64,000 nucleotides of DNA from an uncultured Thermotogae bacterium (GCA_964523545.1 CAZFZM010000005.1:31805-95804); one strand, 5' to 3'. Shown: positions 1-8,698, numbered from the stretch's first letter. Numbers and translations: made by a program. The notes: generated by a model from the letters alone, not told the origin.

Positions 1-234
1 CAGCCCGATCGCGCCGCGTGAGGAAACGGCCGACGCCTTGAACCGACTCTCGCACCGAACGACCGAAGCGACCAGCGCCGGATCGATCCGATTTTGGTTG
101 GCGAAGCCGACGAGATCCGCGGTGTAGGCGATCGGGTAGAGGACGCGAAGGCCGACGAGCCCAGCGTAAGCGACGAGGAGGAGGGCAAGAAGGGCCAAAC
201 CGGCGCGGACGCGCCACGGCGCGGATCGCTGCAT
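1..234 (-). CDS. lytic transglycosylase (SLT domain), N-terminal part; gene continues past the left edge
   Basis: Own minus-strand translation from ATG at 234: MQRSAPWRVRAGLALLALLLVAYAG...VVRCESRFKASAVSSRGAIGL. This is a membrane anchor followed by the SLT catalytic motif (ES...S..GA.GL). It is not in the ORF track because the window edge truncates it. Confidence 0.6.
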   Translation of the reverse strand, partial: MQRSAPWRVRAGLALLALLLVAYAGLVGLRVLYPIAYTADLVGFANQNRIDPALVASVVRCESRFKASAVSSRGAIGL

Positions 235-306
235 GATCCTCTATCATACGCCGAATCCTCTATAATCCGGTCGAGCACCCATTCGCATACGCAAGGACGA
301 GGCGTG

Positions 307-1002
307 ATGAAACGATTCCTTGTTTGGCTTCGGACGACGTTTGTCAGCGGTCTGCTGGCGATCCTTCCCGTCGGCGCCACCGTCTTCATCGTCTGGGCCC
401 TCTACAACCTGATCGACGGCCAGGTCGGAAGGAACACGGCGTTCGGCATGGTGATCGAGCGGGTCCTCGGGCGGTGGATCCCGGGGCTCGGGATCATCAT
501 CACGATCCTGCTTGTCTTCGTCATCGGGGTCATCGTGAGGAGCTTCATCGGCCGGACGCTGCACTACTACTTCGAGCGGATCTTCTTCTCGTTCCCCGGC
601 GTTCGGAAGATGTACGGGACGCTGAAGCAGTTCACCAGTGCGCTGCTCAACCGGGAATCGACCACGTCGTTCAAGAAGGTCGTCATGTTCGAATACCCGA
701 AGGACGGGATCAACGTCCTCGGCCTGGTGACGAACGAGGAGCTGGGCGTCATCCGCGACATCACCGGCGAAAAGTGCCTTCTCGTCTACGCGCCCACGGC
801 GCCGAACCCGCTCTCCGGATACATGCTGATCATCCCGGAACGGCTCGTGACCTACATCGACATGCCGGTCGAGGACGCCCTTTCGATGGTCGTATCGAGC
901 GGCTCGGTTCTCCCCGACAGCCTCAAGGAGGCCGCCGTGAAGGAAAGGGAAGCGGCGAAACGACCCAGGTTCTCGCCGTTCCGCAAGCGCACGGTGAGGT
1001 GA
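307..1002 (+). CDS. DUF502 family membrane protein
   Basis: Track ORF 94..1002. ATG at 307 (MKRFLVWLRTTFVSGLLAILPVGATVFIVW) is preceded by AAGGACGAGG. Hydrophobic helices and a DUF502-like core are present. The 71 upstream codons look non-coding. Confidence 0.8.
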   Translation: MKRFLVWLRTTFVSGLLAILPVGATVFIVWALYNLIDGQVGRNTAFGMVIERVLGRWIPGLGIIITILLVFVIGVIVRSFIGRTLHYYFERIFFSFPGVRKMYGTLKQFTSALLNRESTTSFKKVVMFEYPKDGINVLGLVTNEELGVIRDITGEKCLLVYAPTAPNPLSGYMLIIPERLVTYIDMPVEDALSMVVSSGSVLPDSLKEAAVKEREAAKRPRFSPFRKRTVR

Positions 1003-1006
1003 TGGA

Positions 1007-1849
1007 ATGCCCATCTTCAAGGAGAAGGACTACCTACGCGTCGACCTCGACCGGGAGCCGGACGAGAGCCTATGGATGAAGTGCAAGTCCTGTGGCGAGC
1101 TCGTCTTCAAGCGGCGCGTCCGAGAGAACAACAACATCTGTCCGAGCTGCGGGGAGTACTTCTTCCTCACGGCGGTCGAGCGGATCGGGCTCCTGGTCGA
1201 CGAGGGCAGCTTCGAGGACGTGACCTTGTCGATCGTCGCCGATGATCCGCTCGAGTTCGTCGACCGGAAGCCGTATCCGGAGCGGGTCGCCGAGGCGCAG
1301 GCGAAGACGGGTCTGGGCGACGCGATCGTGATCGGGCGGGCGACGATCGCGGGATTCCCCGTCGTGATCGGCGTGATGGACTTCCGATTCGTCGGCGGGA
1401 GCATGGGGGCGGTCGTCGGCGAACAGATCTGTCACGGGATCGAAACGGCGATCGAGGAGCGCCGGCCGTTGGTCCTCGTGTCGTCGTCCGGCGGAGCGCG
1501 CCTGCAAGAAGGGCTGTTCTCCTTGTTGCAGATGGCGAAAACGGTCGCCGTCCGGGCCAGGTTGGCCGAGGCGGGGCTCCCGTTCGTCTCGGTGATGACC
1601 TATCCAACGTCGGGCGGTGTGCAGGCGTCGATCGCGAGTCTCGGGGACGTCATCATCGCCGAGCGCGGCACGTTGATCGGATTCGCTGGGCGACGCGTGA
1701 TTCAGAACGCCATGGCGCAGGAGCTTCCCTCGAACTTCCAATCGGACGCGTTCGCGTTCGAGCACGGCGCGATCGACCGCGTCGTCGGCCGCGAGGGGAT
1801 GCGGGAGGAGCTCTCCTCGCTTCTCGGTTTCTTCGTGGAGGCGCAGTGA
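1007..1849 (+). CDS. accD: acetyl-CoA carboxylase carboxyltransferase subunit beta
   Basis: 280 aa. N-terminal Zn-ribbon CKSCGE..CPSCGE, then GSMGAVVGE and the carboxyltransferase core typical of AccD. Start lies 4 nt after the DUF502 stop. Confidence 0.95.
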   Translation: MPIFKEKDYLRVDLDREPDESLWMKCKSCGELVFKRRVRENNNICPSCGEYFFLTAVERIGLLVDEGSFEDVTLSIVADDPLEFVDRKPYPERVAEAQAKTGLGDAIVIGRATIAGFPVVIGVMDFRFVGGSMGAVVGEQICHGIETAIEERRPLVLVSSSGGARLQEGLFSLLQMAKTVAVRARLAEAGLPFVSVMTYPTSGGVQASIASLGDVIIAERGTLIGFAGRRVIQNAMAQELPSNFQSDAFAFEHGAIDRVVGREGMREELSSLLGFFVEAQ

Positions 1850-2805
1850 GCGACGAACGGACACTCGACCTCCTCGAGGCGAAGATCGAGGAGCTGAGAA
1901 GCCTGGACGCCACCGACGGGATCGACCTGTCGAAGGAGATCGACCTCCTCGAGGCGAAGATCGAGGAGCTCCGGGTAGAGCTGTACGCGAACCTGAGCGA
2001 TTGGGAGCGGGTGCGGCTCGCCCGCCATCCGAAGCGGCCGTACGCCCTCGACTACATCGACGCGATCTTCACCGACTTCTACGAGCTCCACGGCGATCGG
2101 ATCGACAGCGACGACAAGGCCCTGGTGGCCGGTCTCGCCCGACTCGACGGGAGAACGGTCGTCGTCCTCGGGCAGCAAAAGGGACGTTCGACCGAGGAGA
2201 ACAAGGAGCGCTTCTTCGGGATGACGCGTCCGCAGGGGTATCGGAAGGCGCGCCGGGCGATGCGACTGGCCGAACGATTCGGGTTCCCGGTGATCACGCT
2301 GATCGACACGCCGGGGGCGTACCCCGGACTCGAGTCGGAGGAGGCGAACATCGGCGGCGCGATCGCCGAGAACCTCTCGGCGATGGCCGAGCTTCGCGTT
2401 CCGATCGTCGCCGTCGTCATCGGGGAGGGTGGGTCGGGCGGGGCGCTGGCAATCGGGCTCGCCGATCGGGTCTTGATGCTCGAGAACGCCATCTATACGG
2501 TGATCAGTCCGGAGAGCGCCGCCGTGATCCTGTGGAAGGAGAGGGAGCGGATGAAGGAGGCGGCCGAGGCGCTCCATCTGACCGCGGATCATCTGCACGA
2601 ACTCGGCCTGATCGACGGGGTGATTCCCGAGCCGCTCGGCGGCGCGCACAAGGACTTCGATCGGACCGCGTCGGCCCTCAAGTCGGAGCTCGTCCGCCAG
2701 CTCGGCGAGTTGACGAAGCTGGAGCCGGCGAAGCTGGTTGGGGAGCGGTACCGACACTACCGAGAGGTCGGGCGCTACCGCGATGCGTCAGTCGAGGGCG
2801 AATGA
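1846..2805 (+). CDS. accA: acetyl-CoA carboxylase carboxyltransferase subunit alpha
   Basis: 319 aa. ARHPKRPYALDYIDAIFTDFYELHGDR and IDTPGAYPG motifs. GTG start overlaps the accD stop (GTGA). Confidence 0.95.
   Translation: MSDERTLDLLEAKIEELRSLDATDGIDLSKEIDLLEAKIEELRVELYANLSDWERVRLARHPKRPYALDYIDAIFTDFYELHGDRIDSDDKALVAGLARLDGRTVVVLGQQKGRSTEENKERFFGMTRPQGYRKARRAMRLAERFGFPVITLIDTPGAYPGLESEEANIGGAIAENLSAMAELRVPIVAVVIGEGGSGGALAIGLADRVLMLENAIYTVISPESAAVILWKERERMKEAAEALHLTADHLHELGLIDGVIPEPLGGAHKDFDRTASALKSELVRQLGELTKLEPAKLVGERYRHYREVGRYRDASVEGE
1865..1970 (+). repeat. exact 31-nt in-frame direct repeat inside accA (copies 1865..1895 and 1940..1970)
   Basis: tcgacctcctcgaggcgaagatcgaggagct occurs twice, 75 nt apart. 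It encodes DLLEAKIEEL twice in the AccA N-terminal helices. Confidence 0.9.
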
Positions 2806-3287
2806 AGCGGATGCTCCTCGGCGTCGGCAACCGATTGTCGCGCGACGACGGCGCCGGCCCGTTCCTCACCGAACGACTCGCGGGATCCGATTGGACGGCG
2901 ATCGACTGCGGAACGTCGCTTGAGAACGTCGGGGGGATCGTTGCTCGCGAGCGCCCCGACCTGCTCGTGATCGTGGACGCGGCCCGGATGGGGCTGGGGC
3001 CGGGCGAAGTCCGCCGTCTCCCGCGTCCTTCGGTCGACCGGATGCTCGCGACGACGCACGGCCTGCCGCTCACGTTCTTTCTCGATCGACTGGAGTCGGC
3101 CGTGGAAGAGATCGTGCTTCTCGGGATCGAGCCGGCCGACCTGTCGTTCGGCGAGGGGTTGTCGACCGAAGTGGGCGAGGCGGTGAACCGGTTGGCCGAA
3201 GTGCTCGCGGCCGGCCGAGAGCGCCTCGAGTCGGTCCGATTCCTCGAGGGCGGCGTGTCCCCGGAAGGCGTCGAAGCGGGCCCTTGA
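2802..3287 (+). CDS. hycI: hydrogenase maturation endopeptidase (HycI/HyaD family)
   Basis: ATG at 2802 overlaps the accA stop (ATGA); it is the internal start of track ORF 2001..3287. MKRMLLGVGNRLSRDDGAGPFL...LVIVDAARMGLGPGEV...ATTHGLPL aligns with E. coli HycI, including the Asp/Asp/His metal ligands. Confidence 0.85.
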   Translation: MKRMLLGVGNRLSRDDGAGPFLTERLAGSDWTAIDCGTSLENVGGIVARERPDLLVIVDAARMGLGPGEVRRLPRPSVDRMLATTHGLPLTFFLDRLESAVEEIVLLGIEPADLSFGEGLSTEVGEAVNRLAEVLAAGRERLESVRFLEGGVSPEGVEAGP

Positions 3288-3448
3288 GCCGACCTCGGGA
3301 AGTCGCGAAAATGGCGTCGCCGAGTTCGGAGACGGGCGTTCGACGAGCACAGGAAGGGCTCGGTCGGTCCGATCTCCGTGGACCGTAAAATCGCTCATCG
3401 GGAAACGGCGCGAGGGGACGAGCGTCCCGGGCGAAGGAGGAGGCGACC

Positions 3449-4456
3449 ATGCCATTCTGTGACGGGGTGAGATTGCAAGAGGCGTATCGGAGGGCGCAGG
3501 CTGAGCGCTTCGCGTTCATGGCGAACAACGTCGCCGAGCCGAACGTCCTGATCGGCCTGCTCGAAGCGTACGCCGAAGCGCGCTCGGACCTGCTGGTTCA
3601 AATCAGCCCCGGGGCGGCGAAATTCGCCGGGGGCGGCGACAAGCGGGCGGGCCTGAGGGGGCTGTCGGCGCTGATCCGCGAGCTCGCCGCGCCGTACCCG
3701 ATCTGCGTCTTCATCAACCTCGATCACTTCACGTCCGGCGAAATGGACTTGATCGAGGAGGCGATCGACGATCGCCTCGTCTCGTCGATCATGATCGACG
3801 CCTCGGGGGAGACGTTCGAGGAAAACATCCGGATCAGCCGGGCCGTCACGGAGATGGCCGAGGGAAGCGGCGTCCTTGTCGAGGCGGAGCTCGGGAAGAT
3901 CAAAGGGGTCGAGGACGAAATCTCTTCCGACGAGTCGCTGTACACGGATCCGGACGAGGCGGCCGAGTTCGTGAGGCGGACGGGGGCGGACCTGCTGGCG
4001 ATCTCCGTCGGTACCCAACACGGCGTGTCCAAAGGAAGGGATCTCGAGCTGCGGGTCGACCTGGCGGCGAGGATCCGCGATCGACTCGCGGAGAGCGGGC
4101 TCGACGCGCCGCTCGTGCTGCACGGGACGTCGGGTCTCCTCCCGGAGCAGGTGCGGGAGATGATCGGCTACGGCGTCTGCAAGCTGAACAAGGACACGCA
4201 CTATCAGTACGTCTACGGGCGGACGGCGGCCGAGTTCTTCGCCGCGCACGTCGACGGGATCATGCCGCCCCAGGACGTGGAGGACGACGTCGTCAACCTG
4301 TTCGCGAAGGGCGACTGGAGCCCGGACAAGAAGGTGTTCGATCCGCGCGCCGTCGGGAGGGAGATCCAGGCGAAGGTGCGCGAGATCGCGTCCGTGTTGA
4401 TCGAGCAGGCCGGAAGCGGGGGAAGGACGCTGCAGGAAGGGGAGGAGGGCCAGTGA
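3449..4456 (+). CDS. fba: class II fructose-1,6-bisphosphate aldolase
   Basis: 335 aa. NLDH, VEAELG and LVLHGTSG motifs of class II FBA/tagatose-bisphosphate aldolases. GAAGGAGGAGG lies upstream. Confidence 0.9.
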   Translation: MPFCDGVRLQEAYRRAQAERFAFMANNVAEPNVLIGLLEAYAEARSDLLVQISPGAAKFAGGGDKRAGLRGLSALIRELAAPYPICVFINLDHFTSGEMDLIEEAIDDRLVSSIMIDASGETFEENIRISRAVTEMAEGSGVLVEAELGKIKGVEDEISSDESLYTDPDEAAEFVRRTGADLLAISVGTQHGVSKGRDLELRVDLAARIRDRLAESGLDAPLVLHGTSGLLPEQVREMIGYGVCKLNKDTHYQYVYGRTAAEFFAAHVDGIMPPQDVEDDVVNLFAKGDWSPDKKVFDPRAVGREIQAKVREIASVLIEQAGSGGRTLQEGEEGQ

Positions 4457-5481
4457 TGAGAGCCGGTGTACTGACGGGCGGAGGGGATTCTCCCGGGATC
4501 AACGCCGCCCTTCGATCGATCGTCCGTTTCGGGAACAAGCACGGAGTCGACGTCCTCGGATTCGAAGAGGGCTGGAAGGGGCCGGTCGAGAACCTCGTCC
4601 GACCGCTGACCCAGGTCGACGTCTCCGGCATCCTGCACATCGGAGGGACGATCCTGAGCAGCTCTCGTACGAATCCGTTCCGGTTCGACGGCGGCCCGGA
4701 CCGGGTCGTCGAGACCCTGGCGGTGAACGCCGTCGACTTCCTGGTCGCCATCGGAGGTGACGACACGCTCGGCGTCGCCCATCGACTGGCCGAGTACGAC
4801 GTGAAGGCGATCGGCATTCCGCAGACGATCGACAACGACATCGGGATGACCGACTACACGCTCGGGTTCTCCTCCGCGTTGGAAGCGATCACCGACGCGC
4901 TCGACCGGCTGCACACGACGGCCGCGTCGCACCACCGGGTGCTGATCCTCGAGGTGATGGGCCGCGACGCCGGGTGGTTGAGTCTGATGGGAGGCGTCGC
5001 CGGCGGAGCGGACGTCATCCTGATCCCGGAGCAGAAGTTCAACGTCGATTCGATCTTCCGCAAAATCAAGCGGCGGGAGCACCTGAAGAAGCGATTCTCC
5101 ATCGTCATCATCGCTGAGGGAGCCGAGCCGGAGGGGACGGAGGGGAAGGTCGTCGCCGAGGCCGAGGTCGACGCGTTCGGCCACGCGCGGCTCGGCGGGG
5201 TCGGCCAGTACGTGGCCAACCAGCTGTCCAAGCGGATGCAGATTCCGGTCCGCGTCACCAATCTGGCCTACCTGCAGCGTGGCGGAAGCCCGTCGCCGTT
5301 CGATCGGATCCTCGCAACGCGGTTCGGCGCCGCTTCGATCGAGTTTGCGCTCGACGGGCAATTCGACGTGATGACGGCGATCCGCGGGACGAAGATCGTG
5401 CCGGTTCCGCTCGGCGAAGCGCTGGCGAACCCTCGGCCGGTCGACGAAGGCCTCCTCTACCTGGTCGACTTGTTCGAGTAG
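4456..5481 (+). CDS. pfkA: 6-phosphofructokinase (ATP- or PPi-dependent; donor not assignable)
   Basis: GVLTGGGDSPGINA, GGDDTL, PQTIDNDI and MGRDAGW motifs. ATG at 4456 sits 7 nt after GGAGG and overlaps the fba stop. GTG at 4453 is an alternative start. Confidence 0.9.
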   Translation: MRAGVLTGGGDSPGINAALRSIVRFGNKHGVDVLGFEEGWKGPVENLVRPLTQVDVSGILHIGGTILSSSRTNPFRFDGGPDRVVETLAVNAVDFLVAIGGDDTLGVAHRLAEYDVKAIGIPQTIDNDIGMTDYTLGFSSALEAITDALDRLHTTAASHHRVLILEVMGRDAGWLSLMGGVAGGADVILIPEQKFNVDSIFRKIKRREHLKKRFSIVIIAEGAEPEGTEGKVVAEAEVDAFGHARLGGVGQYVANQLSKRMQIPVRVTNLAYLQRGGSPSPFDRILATRFGAASIEFALDGQFDVMTAIRGTKIVPVPLGEALANPRPVDEGLLYLVDLFE

Positions 5482-5542
5482 CGGGATCGATCGAAGCCGC
5501 GGTCGAGCGAGCGTGGTCGGTCGTCGCATCCCCGTCCGCTTG

Positions 5543-6109
5543 TCAGTCGGTGTTCTCGATGTCCCTCGGATGGCTCGTCGTCTGATTCTCCGCACCGACG
5601 ATGCCGGCCAAACAGAGACCGACGAGGCTCTTCCCGTCGGCCAAGCGGCCGTCCGCGACCATCTCGGCGAGCCGCGCGGCTCCGAACGGTTCGCACGCCT
5701 CGATCTCTCCCGGCGCGACCCGTTCCTCCCTCGTCAGTCCGGTCGCGAGGAAGAGAGCGATCCGCTCGTTCGAGAATCCCGGGGTGGTGAAGAAGGAGGC
5801 GAGCTCGCGCCACGCTTCGGCTACGTATCCGGTCTCCTCCCTCAACTCGCGCTTCGCGCACGCAAGCGTCTCCTCGTCCGCCTCGAGCTTCCCGGCGGGA
5901 ATCTCCCACAGTTCGGATCGAACGGCGTGGCGGTACTGCCGAACGAGAAGGACGTCGCCGTTCGGAAGGACGGGGACGATCGCTACGGCACCGGGGTGTA
6001 CGACGATCTCCCGCGAACGCTTTGTCCCGTCCGACGACTCGATCCGATCGACGTAGACGTCGAGAAGGCGCCCGCGGAAGACGTTCTCGTGCGAAACGAC
6101 GCGGAACGG
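5543..6109 (-). CDS. Nudix hydrolase (ADP-ribose pyrophosphatase-like); start codon unresolved
   Basis: The track gives only 5543..5845, starting at a TTG. My translation upstream in the same frame is open and reads FRVVSHENVFRGRLLDVYVDRIES...HPGAVAIVPV...WEIPAGKLEADEETLACAKRELREETGY. The complete Nudix box GX5EX7REUXEEXGU therefore spans the TTG. There is no ATG/GTG/TTG in frame between 5845 and the upstream stop. Confidence 0.7.
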   Translation of the reverse strand, partial: PFRVVSHENVFRGRLLDVYVDRIESSDGTKRSREIVVHPGAVAIVPVLPNGDVLLVRQYRHAVRSELWEIPAGKLEADEETLACAKRELREETGYVAEAWRELASFFTTPGFSNERIALFLATGLTREERVAPGEIEACEPFGAARLAEMVADGRLADGKSLVGLCLAGIVGAENQTTSHPRDIENTD

Positions 6110-6110
6110 T

Positions 6111-6647
6111 TCAGACGGCGTCGTAGCCCTCCTTGAGCGCCCGGCTGTTGACGTCGACCAGCTTCGCCTTGCCTGACTCTTCGAGCATCCGCGACATCGC
6201 CCGTTCGGCGGTCTCCAGCGGAACGATGCCCGTTGCTTTCAGATACGCACCCAGCGCGACCATGTTGATCGTCCTCGGGTTGCCGGCGGCCGCGGCGAGG
6301 TCGTTCAACGGGACGTAGCTTGCCTTGATATCGGCGCGCTCGGCCTTCCGGTCGATCAGCGTGCTGTTGACGACGACGACCCCGTCGGCGGCGATCGTCG
6401 GCTCGAACTTGTCGAGCGACGGTCGGTTCATCGCGATCACCGCCGACGGCTCGTCGACGATCGGCGAGCCGACCGGCTCGTCGGAGAGGACGACGGTGCA
6501 GTTCGCCGTTCCGCCGCGCATCTCCGGGCCGTACGAAGGGAGCCAGGTCACCTTCAGCCCGTGGTCCATCCCCGCCTGGGCGAGGATCTTCCCGGCGAGG
6601 ATGACCCCCTGACCGCCAAATCCTGCGATGACGACTGAGTGTTCCAT
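6111..6647 (-). CDS. 2-oxoacid:ferredoxin oxidoreductase, gamma subunit
   Basis: 178 aa. [19 protein letters not shown]...SYGPEMRGG is typical of the OFOR gamma subunit. Confidence 0.9.
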   Translation of the reverse strand: MEHSVVIAGFGGQGVILAGKILAQAGMDHGLKVTWLPSYGPEMRGGTANCTVVLSDEPVGSPIVDEPSAVIAMNRPSLDKFEPTIAADGVVVVNSTLIDRKAERADIKASYVPLNDLAAAAGNPRTINMVALGAYLKATGIVPLETAERAMSRMLEESGKAKLVDVNSRALKEGYDAV

Positions 6648-6648
6648 C

Positions 6649-7407
6649 CTACCCCCTGTCGACGAGGTCTCCGAGCGGGAAGACCTCGGTCACCACGTTC
6701 GCCACGTGCTCGTTCGACTGCTGCGGCGTCATCCGCCAGTTCGTCGGACACGTCGACAGGACCTCGACGAGCGAGTACCCCTTCCCCTCGACCTGGTACT
6801 GGAACGCCTTCTTGATCGCGGCGGTCGCGTCGTGGATCCGCTTCGTGTCGTAGAGCGCCTGACGGGTGACGTACGCCGGCGCGTCGAGCAGGGCGATCAA
6901 CTCCGAGAATCGGATCGGGTAGCCGAACAGCTTGGCGTCGCGGCCGTCCGGCGTGGTCGTCGTCTTCTGACCGACGAGCGTCGTCGGGGCGAGCTCTCCG
7001 CCGGTCATCCCGTAGATCTGATTGTTGACGAAGATCACTGTGATGTTCTCGCCGCGGTTCGCGGCGTGAATCGATTCGGCGGTGCCGATGCTGGCGAAGT
7101 CACCGTCTCCCTGATACGAGAAGACGATCAGGTCGGGACGCGCACGCTTGACCCCCGTTGCGACCGCGCTCGCCCGTCCGTGCGCGACCTGGAGGGCGTC
7201 GCACTTGTACCACAGGTAGGCATAGACGGAACAGCCGACCGGGGCGAGTCCGACGGTCCGCTCGGCGACGCCGAGCTCGTCGAGCGTCTGGCCGATGATC
7301 CGCGTGATGATCCCGTGGTGGCATCCGGGGCAGTAGGTGAACCGCGCCTCGGTGAGGCTCTTCGGCCGTTCGAACACCTTCACCATGCCCGTGACGTCAT
7401 TCGGCAT
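6649..7407 (-). CDS. 2-oxoacid:ferredoxin oxidoreductase, beta (TPP-binding) subunit
   Basis: 252 aa. CPGCHHG and GDGD...NN..YGMTGGQ-like TPP motif (GDGDFASIG...FVNNQIYGMTGG). Confidence 0.9.
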   Translation of the reverse strand: MPNDVTGMVKVFERPKSLTEARFTYCPGCHHGIITRIIGQTLDELGVAERTVGLAPVGCSVYAYLWYKCDALQVAHGRASAVATGVKRARPDLIVFSYQGDGDFASIGTAESIHAANRGENITVIFVNNQIYGMTGGELAPTTLVGQKTTTTPDGRDAKLFGYPIRFSELIALLDAPAYVTRQALYDTKRIHDATAAIKKAFQYQVEGKGYSLVEVLSTCPTNWRMTPQQSNEHVANVVTEVFPLGDLVDRG

Positions 7408-8452
7408 ACTTTCTCACCTCGTTCAGAATCGCGCGGGGTGTCGGGACGACACCGCCGAGCTCCCCGTAGAACGGTGTGGCGGCACGCTCGGCGACGGCGA
7501 GCCGGACGTCTTCCCACATCTGGCCGGCGCTCATCTCGACGGTCAGCACCGCGTCGACGCGATCGGACAGCGCGCGAAGCGGTTCGTAGGGAAACGGCCA
7601 GAGGGTGATCGGGCGGAACAGGCCGAGCTTGATCCCCTCGGCGCGCGCGGCCCGGATGACGGACTTCGCGATCCGAGCGATCGTTCCGTGCGCCGCGATC
7701 ACGATGTCGGCGTCCTCGGTGTCGCTCTCCTCGTAGCGGACCTCGTTTGCTTCGATCTCTCGATACTTCGCTTGGAGGACGAGGTTCATCTCCTTCAGCT
7801 TCTCCGGATCGAGGTCGAAGGAGAGCACGATGTTCGGGTCGCGCCCCGCGGCACCGGTCGTCGCCCACTCCTTGGCTGGGAGGCCGTCGACATCGACCGG
7901 CTCGGGGAGCTCGACCGGCTCCATCATCTGACCGAGCATCCCGTCGGCGAGGATCATGACCGGGATGCGATATTTGTCGGCGAGGTCGAACGCGAGCATC
8001 GTCAGCTCTCCGGCCTCAGGCACGGTCGACGGTCCCAGGACGATCAGCCGGTAATCGCCGTGTCCGCCCCCCTTCGTCGCTTGGAAGTAGTCGCACTGGG
8101 CCGGGGCGATGTTCCCGAGGCCCGGCCCGCCGCGGACGATGTTGACGATCACCGCCGGGAGGTTCGAACCGGCGAGGTACGAGATCCCCTCTTGCTTGAG
8201 GCTGATTCCCGGTGAGGAGGACGAGGTCATCGTTCGAACGCCGGTCGCAGCGGCCCCGTAGACCATGCTGATCGCGGCGATCTCGCTCTCGGCTTGTATG
8301 AACGTGCGGCCGAGACGGGGCATGTGCCTCGCCATGTGCTCGAGGAGCTCGGCCTGCGGGGTGATCGGGTATGCGAAGTAGCACTGGCATCCGGCACGGA
8401 TCGCGGCTTCGGCGATCACCTCGTTCCCGCGCAACAGCAGCTGTTCACCCAT
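7397..8452 (-). CDS. 2-oxoacid:ferredoxin oxidoreductase, alpha subunit
   Basis: 351 aa. GNEVIAEAAIRAGC..YFAYPITPQ..., the typical OFOR alpha N-terminus. It overlaps the beta start by 11 nt. Confidence 0.9.
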   Translation of the reverse strand: MGEQLLLRGNEVIAEAAIRAGCQCYFAYPITPQAELLEHMARHMPRLGRTFIQAESEIAAISMVYGAAATGVRTMTSSSSPGISLKQEGISYLAGSNLPAVIVNIVRGGPGLGNIAPAQCDYFQATKGGGHGDYRLIVLGPSTVPEAGELTMLAFDLADKYRIPVMILADGMLGQMMEPVELPEPVDVDGLPAKEWATTGAAGRDPNIVLSFDLDPEKLKEMNLVLQAKYREIEANEVRYEESDTEDADIVIAAHGTIARIAKSVIRAARAEGIKLGLFRPITLWPFPYEPLRALSDRVDAVLTVEMSAGQMWEDVRLAVAERAATPFYGELGGVVPTPRAILNEVRKYAE

Positions 8453-8461
8453 TCCCCCTCC

Positions 8462-8686
8462 TTAGCTTGCGACCTTCTCCCGGTAGACCTCGATGGCGAT
8501 GTCGGGACAGGTCATCGCGCAGAACGCACATCCGATGCAGGCCTCGGAACGCTCCATGTGAACGACGTTGTACCCACTCTTGTTCAGCGACCCGGAAAAC
8601 GCGAGGACCTGCTGGGGACACGCGGCGATGCACAGCCCGCATCCCTTGCATCGCTCGGCGTCGACGACGGCCGCACCTCTCGCCAT
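8462..8686 (-). CDS. 2-oxoacid:ferredoxin oxidoreductase, delta subunit (2x[4Fe-4S] ferredoxin)
   Basis: CKGCGLCIAACP and CIGCAFCAMTCP cluster motifs. ATG at 8686 lies 5 nt after GGGAGG; the track start GTG 8692 is the alternative. Confidence 0.85.
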   Translation of the reverse strand: MARGAAVVDAERCKGCGLCIAACPQQVLAFSGSLNKSGYNVVHMERSEACIGCAFCAMTCPDIAIEVYREKVAS

Positions 8687-8698
8687 GGGCACCTCCCT

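Noticed and set aside
5843-5845. TTG at 5845 as the Nudix start (the ORF-track call).
   Set aside because: It encodes the Leu inside the Nudix box. Upstream in-frame sequence is clearly homologous to Nudix N-termini, so the truncated form would lack the catalytic motif.
6111-8692. Assigning the four-subunit oxidoreductase specifically as pyruvate, 2-oxoglutarate or 2-oxoisovalerate:ferredoxin oxidoreductase.
   Set aside because: Subunit sizes and motifs fit the family, but substrate specificity cannot be read from the sequence without phylogeny. I kept the generic 2-oxoacid:ferredoxin oxidoreductase call.
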